From Thermodesulfobacteriota bacterium (lineage in GTDB: Bacteria; Desulfobacterota_D; UBA1144; Nemesobacterales; Nemesobacteraceae): a stretch of DNA of 64,000 nt. Shown in pieces: positions 19,101-26,812 of the stretch. Where the stretch lies: the NCBI GenBank assembly GCA_965202785.1, contig OZ241855.1:960001-1024000 (forward strand), read 5' to 3'. The translations under genes and the position numbers were made by a program. The first letter of the stretch is position 1. Every line of letters begins with the position of its first letter. The notes below the pieces were generated by a model. It was not told where the DNA came from and did no database searches. It saw only the letters and a list, made by a program, of their open reading frames with translations.

Positions 19101-20831
19101 TCAGTTTTTGGGCAATCTTGCTTCAACTGTTTCAATGAAATTTTCTAGAGGGCCGTACAGTTCGTCCTTCAAGATTGTTTCAGCATGTTTTGCTGCAAAA
19201 TTTGCAAGCCAGCTTTTTATTTCTCTTTTAACTTGGTTGTCCCAATGTTTTCCGGCCTCTACAAACAGTTTTTTCATTAAGCTCGACCACTTCTTTTTGC
19301 ATTTTGGCTTTAGTCTTTTTCTCGGGTCAACTCCAAATTTCTCAACAAAAGAAGGACCATAAACCCTCTTGTTGTAAATATCTTCTAGTTCTGATTCTTC
19401 AAGACTGGGGACAGAACAATAGTTAACATTAACGGTATCTAGAACCTTGTCATCTATTGCTTTTTGCACAGCCTTCTTTCCAGCTTGGTCATTATCAACG
19501 AGGCATTGGACTAAGCATGCTGAAGATTTATAGAATGAAGCTTTTGAGCGAAGAGAACTGACACCACCTAGATGATCAATTGCCACTGTCCCGGAATTCA
19601 GAGCATTTTTAAGAATTTCACTTCTAGCAGCAATAATGTGCCTCATGGCAAGCGCATCGTCGGTTCCTTCAAAGAGTAATACTATTCTGGCGTTCTGAAG
19701 ATTGTCGGAAAAACGAACACCCAAAGTATCTCTTACTTCAGAGATATGCTTTGCGCATACGGCTCTGCGGTCTTTCACGATGATTGTATTGTCAAGGTTG
19801 TTTGGATTCACAAACAGCGGTGAATGGCTGGTCAGCACAATCTGATTTTTCTCAGAAAGATTCTCAATTACCGATCTTAATTGGTGAATTGCATGCGGGT
19901 GAAGATGTGATTCCGGTTCCTCTATCGCAATTACAGTACTCAGTTTGGAGGCGTTTTGTTCCGATGCGTAACGCATCAGTGCCAATGCTACTAAGCTTTG
20001 AACACCGTCCCCTTTACGCTTAAGCTCAGTTTGGTGTCCATCATCTATTGCGATTTCCAAGTTCCCGCGAAGTGCGCGGTAACGCTCTTCACGTCGGCTT
20101 TTCAACTGAACTGATTCCACTTTTGGTAAGAAATCTGAAACGGTCTTTTGAATAGCTTCTCCCAGTTTATCTAAGACGGGCCGTTGAAGCTCCTCAATTT
20201 TAGCAAGAGCTTGTTTATATTCTTGATTGCCTTCGAGTCGACGCAACTCTCGTCCGACCAATTGGTAAATCACCTCTTCCGCAGAGTCCGCAGTCCTGAT
20301 AGCAGGAATGTATTCAAAACGGATACGATTAGAGATAAATTCTGCAATTCGGATACTCTTTTTTGTTAAAGAAGCTTGCCCTCGACCCTGCTTTTTTACT
20401 GATACATCAAATTGCCTTTGACTGAATGAGACCATTAAAGGCAATGCACCGTTCAGATTGCTTTTAATTTCCGACCTGAACTCCTCAACTTCATCAGGGT
20501 TAAGTTCAAACTCTAAAGTAATGTTTGTAGTGTCATTTGGAGTAGCTTTACTCTGTTTGCTTACAGGAAAATCCGTATTCCAATCATAGATACTACGCCT
20601 ATAGGGGCCGCTTGTGATGCTCGGTCGGACCTTGATTAAACGACCATCGGCAGCGCGGCGAACATGCCTCTTCCACTCCACTAAGGCATTCATAGCGAGC
20701 GTCAGAGCGTGAAGTATATTGGATTTGCCTTCATTGTTTGCCCCGACCAGCAACGAGTAATCGGAAAGAGGTATTTTCCTGGCTGTTGTTATGCTTCGAA
20801 AGTTTTCTACGGAAAACGATATTAATTTCAA
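19101..20831 (-). CDS. Second OLD-family ABC-ATPase/TOPRIM nuclease
   Basis: NFRS, GANNEGKSN, KGDGVQ signature, IEEPESHLHP, TSHSP; TOPRIM FEGTDD and VDND; TTG start. Confidence 0.85.
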   Translation of the reverse strand: MKLISFSVENFRSITTARKIPLSDYSLLVGANNEGKSNILHALTLAMNALVEWKRHVRRAADGRLIKVRPSITSGPYRRSIYDWNTDFPVSKQSKATPNDTTNITLEFELNPDEVEEFRSEIKSNLNGALPLMVSFSQRQFDVSVKKQGRGQASLTKKSIRIAEFISNRIRFEYIPAIRTADSAEEVIYQLVGRELRRLEGNQEYKQALAKIEELQRPVLDKLGEAIQKTVSDFLPKVESVQLKSRREERYRALRGNLEIAIDDGHQTELKRKGDGVQSLVALALMRYASEQNASKLSTVIAIEEPESHLHPHAIHQLRSVIENLSEKNQIVLTSHSPLFVNPNNLDNTIIVKDRRAVCAKHISEVRDTLGVRFSDNLQNARIVLLFEGTDDALAMRHIIAARSEILKNALNSGTVAIDHLGGVSSLRSKASFYKSSACLVQCLVDNDQAGKKAVQKAIDDKVLDTVNVNYCSVPSLEESELEDIYNKRVYGPSFVEKFGVDPRKRLKPKCKKKWSSLMKKLFVEAGKHWDNQVKREIKSWLANFAAKHAETILKDELYGPLENFIETVEARLPKN

Positions 20832-21630
20832 CGATAGTCGCCTCGAATATATGAATTGTAATCAAATCGGGTGGTTAAAGTATTGAAAAAAGCTTTGCAT
20901 TTCATCTTATAGACTCCTTCATTTAATCTTTTCCACTCCTTGGGAGGATAAGAATCACGGCGGTGACTATCACAATTGCAGGTGTAGCCGTTTCAGGGTG
21001 AGTCAACACGTAGTTATTACGGTTTCGTCTTGCTCCTCCCTTCCGGCTTCACGATCCACTCACATTCAGTGGTACGATCGGTAAGTCCGTTGAAGAACAT
21101 ATCACAGATTTGTATGAATTACAATGCCTTAGAACAGGGTTAGGTTGGGTAGTCGGCCTTGTTTTTTGGGTGTCAGTTTTTTTGTTGGTACCAAAAAATG
21201 GGCGAAAAAACTTATATCCTAGGGATGGGCTGTTATAACCGCGGAGGAGGAAGCGAATGTGAATGAGGCGAACAGTTATTAAAAGCCGCATTGATCTACG
21301 CAAACTAACTATTTGCTGTCTCTGTCGATAGACTCGTACTTGTAACGAGACCGTTTGCACTTCACTACAAACATTTTTGGTTTGAACAGCCCGGGTCCGT
21401 GGCCGAACTTATGCTGTCGCAAGCCAACCGTGCCCTCTGATCAAATTGACAAGCGAGGGCAAAGCGCCTTCCGGGGCGAGATGACCCGGGCGGTCGCCAT
21501 ATTCCTTGACAGATCGAGAAATCTATTCGAAGCGGAATATAGAGAGCTTAAAAACAGAGGAATGCCGCGGCGGCTGAAAACGGTAGACTGGGGAGCTTCG
21601 GTGAATCGAGGCCGCATTCAAATATCCGCA

Positions 21631-22515
21631 TCATTTTTCTTTCTGACCTTCCCGGCTCGCCGACGAAAACAACAGGTCCTTTGCGGCCAGCACGGCACCC
21701 CCGGTGATCAGGACGCAGGCAAGAGCAATGCGCCAGTCGCCTTGACCGACACCTGATGCAACCAGGATCAAGGTTGAAAGCAGAGGTGCTGAATAGCTCG
21801 CGGTGCCTAAGACCTGGATATCGCCGTGCTTGACTCCAAAGTCCCAAGCGTAAAAGGCGGCACCGACCGGCAACAGGCCGAGGCCGGCGACGGCCAGCCA
21901 TTGTGCGGTCCCTTGCGGCCAGACCGTCTGTTCCAGCGCCAGATGGCAGATGAGGGAAAGGATGGCCGTTATCGCGCAAAATCCGGTGACGACATCGGTC
22001 GGAACCGCGCCGAACCGCCGTGACAAAAGCGAGTAGGCGGACCATGTAAAGGCGGAAAGCAGCGCCGCGCCATAGCCGAAGGCAAAACTGTCATTGAAGG
22101 AAAGGCTTGTTTTCGAAACAATCAGCACTGTTCCTGCTAGACCTGCCAGTACGCCTGTTATGTGATGCCAGCCGAGCCGTTCTCCGGGAAGCAATGCTGA
22201 ACCGACGACGATCAGCAGGGGCCAAAGGTAGCCGATCAGGCTCGCTTCGACAGCCGGTGCGTTGCGCAGTGCGGTGAAGTAGAAAAAGTGATAGCCGAAC
22301 AGCCCTCCAACGCCGAGACACCATATGTGCAAGGGCTGGCGCAGATTGCGAAAACCCGACGGCTTTGCGGCAAGTGCTATCAGCCCGATGGAGGTGGCGA
22401 TCGAAAAACACATTGCGGCAAGCTGGAAGGGCGGTACTTCTCCTGACGAGGCCGTCAGAAGGGCCAGCAGCGACCACATAAGGATTGCACTAAATCCGAC
22501 CAGCGTTGCTCGCAT
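21631..22515 (-). CDS. DMT/EamA-family transporter (YddG-like)
   Basis: About 10 hydrophobic helices; LMWSLLALL, APAVEASLIGYLWP, YAWDFGVKHGD. Confidence 0.88.
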   Translation of the reverse strand: MRATLVGFSAILMWSLLALLTASSGEVPPFQLAAMCFSIATSIGLIALAAKPSGFRNLRQPLHIWCLGVGGLFGYHFFYFTALRNAPAVEASLIGYLWPLLIVVGSALLPGERLGWHHITGVLAGLAGTVLIVSKTSLSFNDSFAFGYGAALLSAFTWSAYSLLSRRFGAVPTDVVTGFCAITAILSLICHLALEQTVWPQGTAQWLAVAGLGLLPVGAAFYAWDFGVKHGDIQVLGTASYSAPLLSTLILVASGVGQGDWRIALACVLITGGAVLAAKDLLFSSASREGQKEK

Positions 22516-22984
22516 CAAATATTTCTTCCGTTGTACAAATGTAGGTTAAAGGGTATGCGCTCTGGTTAACGATACCGGTATTATCCACAGCTATTCCCGT
22601 ATTTTTTTCGTCAGTTCTCAACAGACAGAGAAGGATTGTAGGGCACACCCTTCGGAGAGTCAATTACTTTCTTCCCCTCTCAATATTCACAACCTCCTGA
22701 AGTCTATTGCCCTTAAATCCCGTATCGCTGTAGACTTTATAAAAACACTGCCGGGCAATCAGCTTGTCCCGGATACGTCTTATCGCCACCACTCTGTCTA
22801 CTCCTTGTAAAAGCGTAGGTGGGGTAACAAAACGCCCTTCAATGATATTTTCGAGGAAGAGAAATCAAGAAAACAATGTGTCCGAATTGATTCGTAACGT
22901 ACAGTACGATTAACCGGATTGCGAAAACCACCGGGCGAGACTGTCTTCAGCCGGTTTTGAATGTGGATTATCGCGGTGTGATTT

Positions 22985-23053
22985 TGCGAAACCGCAAATT
23001 GGACGCTCGTGAAACCGTAAATTGGACGCTTGCGAAACCGTAAATTGGACGCT
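22985..23053 (+). repeat. Three tandem copies of a 23-bp unit
   Basis: tgcgaaaccgcaaattggacgct / cgtgaaaccgtaaattggacgct / tgcgaaaccgtaaattggacgct, with no spacers. Confidence 0.95.
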
Positions 23054-23058
23054 AAAAT
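23030..23058 (+). promoter_or_regulatory. Putative sigma70 promoter giving a leaderless transcript
   Basis: TTGCGA(23030)-17 bp-TAAAAT(23053); ATG at 23067 with no SD sequence. Confidence 0.5.
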
Positions 23059-23066
23059 AATTCCTT

Positions 23067-24314
23067 ATGGTTTCCGTACAGTCATTTATTCCAAGGTTGC
23101 TCACCCCGGCCATCCAGACCGCGTTGAGGGATACGCCCGTTGTTTGCCTTCTGGGTCCACGACAGAGCGGGAAAACTACTCTTGTTAGGCAGATGGCTCC
23201 CGAGCGAGCTTTTATCAGTTTTGAAAAACGCGAATACCACATTGCCGCCGCCGAGGATCCGGACGGTTTTGTGGCGGGCCTTCCCGATGCCGTGACTCTT
23301 GATGAAGTGCAACGGGTTCCGGATCTGCTCCACTCCATCAAGCTGGCTGTGGATCATGACCGTCGACCCGGACGGTTCCTGCTGACCGGTTCGGCCAACC
23401 TTTTACTGCTGCCGACTGTTACTGAATCTCTGGCGGGGCGGATGGAGATTGTCCGGCTGTATCCGTTGACCGAGGCGGAGAAGAATCACAGGCCGGGACA
23501 TTTTCTCAAGGAACTGCTTGACGACAATATCAGACCGAGCATCGCGGCGCGCAAGGAATCTTCGGGGCCGCCTTTGGAGGAACGGCTGATCAGGGGCGGC
23601 TATCCGGAGCCGTTAACCAGAACTCCGGCACGCGCGAGGCAATGGCACAGGCAATATCTGTCGAGCGTTATAGAGCGTGACGCTCGTGATGTGCTGAATC
23701 TGAGAGACGCCGAACAACTGCTCCGCCTGCTGGAACTGGTTTCTCTGCGAAACGCGGAGTTGCTGAGCGTCGGCAACCTAGCCAGCGATCTTGGAGTGCA
23801 CAGAGAATCGGTGGAGAACTGGCTAGCCGTTCTTGAGCGTCTTTTCCTCGTGCGCCGCCTGCCCGCCTGGCACTCCAATGCCTCAAAACGCCTGATCAAA
23901 TCGCCGAAGGTGCATTTGCTTGACAGCGGGCTTGCCGCGACGCTTACGAACCTCGGGATTTCCGACTGGTCGTCCGACAGAAACCGCATGGGGCACTTGC
24001 TTGAGACTTTCGTTTTGCAGCAACTTGTCGCTCAGGCGACATGGACGGATCCCGATCTCCGTTTCTGGCACTATCGCGACAAGGATAAAGTAGAAGTGGA
24101 CTTGGTTATTACTCGCGGCAGGAAAACCTGGGGAATCGAGATCAAGGCGTCAGGCGCCGTTACACCGAGAGACGGTCGCGGGCTCAGAAGGCTCGCGGAC
24201 CGTTGCGGAGCGGATTTTGCACGCGGGGTCCTGTTTTACGCGGGTGTTGACGTTTTCAATTTCAAGGACAAGAGGATTCTCGCCGTTCCTCTTAAGGAAC
24301 TCTGGGAACGATAG
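23067..24314 (+). CDS. AAA_14 ATPase with DUF4143 C-terminal domain
   Basis: GPRQSGKTT, LDEVQR, LTGSA, ESLAGR, RGGYP, EVDLV...GIEIKAS (PD-(D/E)xK-like). Confidence 0.9.
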   Translation: MVSVQSFIPRLLTPAIQTALRDTPVVCLLGPRQSGKTTLVRQMAPERAFISFEKREYHIAAAEDPDGFVAGLPDAVTLDEVQRVPDLLHSIKLAVDHDRRPGRFLLTGSANLLLLPTVTESLAGRMEIVRLYPLTEAEKNHRPGHFLKELLDDNIRPSIAARKESSGPPLEERLIRGGYPEPLTRTPARARQWHRQYLSSVIERDARDVLNLRDAEQLLRLLELVSLRNAELLSVGNLASDLGVHRESVENWLAVLERLFLVRRLPAWHSNASKRLIKSPKVHLLDSGLAATLTNLGISDWSSDRNRMGHLLETFVLQQLVAQATWTDPDLRFWHYRDKDKVEVDLVITRGRKTWGIEIKASGAVTPRDGRGLRRLADRCGADFARGVLFYAGVDVFNFKDKRILAVPLKELWER

Positions 24315-24508
24315 TGCCGAGGCAAAAAAAATCGCGACTGGCGCGTTTGTGCGGATTTTGCGCAAGACCTCATCACTAAAGCTGGAGTTCTCTGTCATGA
24401 CGAGGACTTTGGGCTTGATAGCGGAAATACGGTTTGCATACAGCATTCCTCTGCCATGTACATCGAAAGTTGCGTTTCAAACTTGAAAGCACGTGAGGAG
24501 TTAGAGCA

Positions 24509-25171
24509 ATGAAAGAAACAAAAGAAATTGTCGCTGGAATAATTTCTGGTGTTATCGTTTTGATAGGTCAGTGGGTGTTCTTGTACTGGTTGAAGGAACA
24601 GACCAAAAACCATATTTTAAGGCTTGCAAAAGAGGCAGCAGATTCACTTGATGGTTTCAAGGATATTTATATGGCAAAACGTGGGGATGGGTTAACAATA
24701 ACAGAAAACTTGAAAGAAGCTGTAGTACAAGCAGATGGAACTCCTTGTGTGGTTTCTAAGAAGAAAGACCTTGCAAATGGCAGGTTTGAACGCCTTTGCA
24801 TAGAACTTCAGGCATTGCTTTCCTCTAGGCACGCGATGTATAGAATTAACGTGGAGGACATTGTCTGTTTTCTGGGAACCAAGGACAAGTTTCTAAAGGA
24901 GGCGAAACAGGAGTATTGCAAATTGGGGAACGTGGTTCGCGAGATGTTAATTCAGCCGATTGAAGGAAGACACAGGTTTAGAGATGTCTTCTTGTTATTG
25001 GGTTTAAGGTGTTCTTCTTTCCCAAGATCTTTTGCTGCGCCTCTTAGCCATGAGGTTCTTGGAAAAGGGGTGATAAAAATAGGGTTTGACTTTGATGGCA
25101 CGGAGAAATTGCTAAGCAAGAAAGAACCAAGGTGCCTTTGGGAACAACCGCAAGATACGGAAAAAAACTAG
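24509..25171 (+). CDS. Hypothetical protein with one N-terminal TM helix
   Basis: 220-aa ORF with a GAGGAG RBS and hydrophobic residues 7-28; no recognised domain. Confidence 0.6.
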   Translation: MKETKEIVAGIISGVIVLIGQWVFLYWLKEQTKNHILRLAKEAADSLDGFKDIYMAKRGDGLTITENLKEAVVQADGTPCVVSKKKDLANGRFERLCIELQALLSSRHAMYRINVEDIVCFLGTKDKFLKEAKQEYCKLGNVVREMLIQPIEGRHRFRDVFLLLGLRCSSFPRSFAAPLSHEVLGKGVIKIGFDFDGTEKLLSKKEPRCLWEQPQDTEKN

Positions 25172-25388
25172 TCACAATGATTTGCGCAACGGAATTATTG
25201 GGTTGTCGGTTCAAAATTTTTCGCTAGTACGGGCCTTGAATTAGTAACTGTACTGCATGTCAGTAGTTCTCCTTTTTCAATTATCAAAAATTGCGACAAC
25301 TTCCCTGACATATGGGGCGTCGCCCATTCACGGCTTCTGCGAATAGCTGCAACTCCCTAAAAGGAGATTCAGCGATGCCCTTTGGAGT

Positions 25389-26702
25389 TCAAGCGGTGTG
25401 AATTTGCCTTTTATCAAGCTTTCCCCGCAGATGATGACTATTACGATAAACCGAGTCGATTTCCACATCCGAGAAACCTAACATCTTAAGTATATGAAGC
25501 TGGAGAATTGCTTCCATTTTGATGTAGACCAGCCAGAGATTTTTGCCTGTTGCCGCTCTTGGTTTTAGGCGTTTGTTATAATGCGTTAGATAATTTCTTG
25601 TGTCTACTATTGTATTTTTTAAGTCTTCTTGTTCCTCGCTTGTTCCAAGGAATCTGTTAAATGGTTCGATAAGTTCTTCTACTCTTTTACGGAGCTCCCT
25701 TCTTTTTATATTCGATGTTCTGCTATGGTAGACCTCAAGTCCCTGTGCTAATGCCAAGAATTTACCATCTAATAATTGGTATGCACCTGTCCTTGTGGCG
25801 AAGTAAAGGCCCAACGCAGGACTAAGCTCTTCATAAGCACCAAACCACTTGTTGAATATGCTTTCTGCATCTTCTTGAATCTGCTCAAGCCCAAACAGCA
25901 TTTTATGCCGGTCAACTTTGGATTCAGTTTCCGTATAAGGCAGACTTCGATAATAAAGGGATATAGGAGGGATGGTATCCCCTTTGCCGATATCCTTGCA
26001 TATCGTCTTGGAAGTTACGTATGCGCTGTCTATGCAGACGGGTTGATCCATCGCAAAACTCAGGAAAGTAGTAATTTTGTAAGCTGACGAGATAAAATCG
26101 CTTAATGAACATTCCTGTTCGGAGACAAGCTTAAAATACGTCTTTTGCGTTATCTTTGCATCTGTTAAGTTCGGAAATGTGGGTGGAGGAGTCCAATAGA
26201 ATGTGACCAAAAGTTTCATTCCGTTATTGAGATTTAGCGATAAATCTTCCGGTTGTCTATATTGCACAGATGCCGTTTTCTTTTCAATTTGATGCTTCAC
26301 TTCTATTCCGGTTATTCCAACCCATTCATCAATGCCTTCTACCGAAAATCTGAAAGTATTGATAAGGATGTCTTCTCCTTCGTAAGCAGTGCCGACCATA
26401 GCCATATCAGCACGAATTGTTGACTTGGAAATACCTCCGGAAAAAGAGATATTTCTGTTCGTATATGAACAATTCTCAAGTGTAACTAAGCTATCCTTTT
26501 CTACATGTCCAAGAATTCTTTTCAGGTAATCGTTGCCGCTAAAAAGGTTGTATGTTTCTTTGATGCTCTCTTCAAATAATCCAACTAATTCGAGCCGAAT
26601 TCTTCCACCTTCCGTGATAACGAGTGTCCCAGGCACCTTCTTTTCTGGGTTCGCAGGAAGCCAAAAATAGCCAGATTTTTTAAATTCGTCTTTTATTCGC
26701 AA
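25389..26702 (-). CDS. ApeA-like protein (ApeA N-terminal domain + HEPN)
   Basis: N-terminus KKSGYFWLP...VPGTLVI; C-terminal FLALAQGLEVYH and HEPN Rx4H motif RNYLTH. Likely TTG start at 26702 after GCGGAG. Confidence 0.8.
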   Translation of the reverse strand: MRIKDEFKKSGYFWLPANPEKKVPGTLVITEGGRIRLELVGLFEESIKETYNLFSGNDYLKRILGHVEKDSLVTLENCSYTNRNISFSGGISKSTIRADMAMVGTAYEGEDILINTFRFSVEGIDEWVGITGIEVKHQIEKKTASVQYRQPEDLSLNLNNGMKLLVTFYWTPPPTFPNLTDAKITQKTYFKLVSEQECSLSDFISSAYKITTFLSFAMDQPVCIDSAYVTSKTICKDIGKGDTIPPISLYYRSLPYTETESKVDRHKMLFGLEQIQEDAESIFNKWFGAYEELSPALGLYFATRTGAYQLLDGKFLALAQGLEVYHSRTSNIKRRELRKRVEELIEPFNRFLGTSEEQEDLKNTIVDTRNYLTHYNKRLKPRAATGKNLWLVYIKMEAILQLHILKMLGFSDVEIDSVYRNSHHLRGKLDKRQIHTA

Positions 26703-26812
26703 TTCAAACTCCGCATAATCTGCATACATACCTAAAAGTCCAATGGAAATGGACATAAATAAGCATTCTGATGTAGGATAATACAATTGAAGAAGATTTG
26801 TAGTAATCTGCT

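Noticed and set aside
19101-21360. Retron (OLD effector with upstream ncRNA)
   Set aside because: No reverse transcriptase is present and I found no a1/a2 inverted repeats in the upstream spacer.
20920-21360. ORF 21049..21360(-) and its read-through as a gene or transposase remnant
   Set aside because: No recognisable motif, RBS or coding-like composition in any frame I translated.
22985-23053. CRISPR array
   Set aside because: Repeats are contiguous with no spacers, and there are no cas genes in the window.
25172-25388. Integron attC site after the ApeA-like gene
   Set aside because: No convincing RYYYAAC...GTTRRRY boxes or long imperfect palindrome, and no intI.
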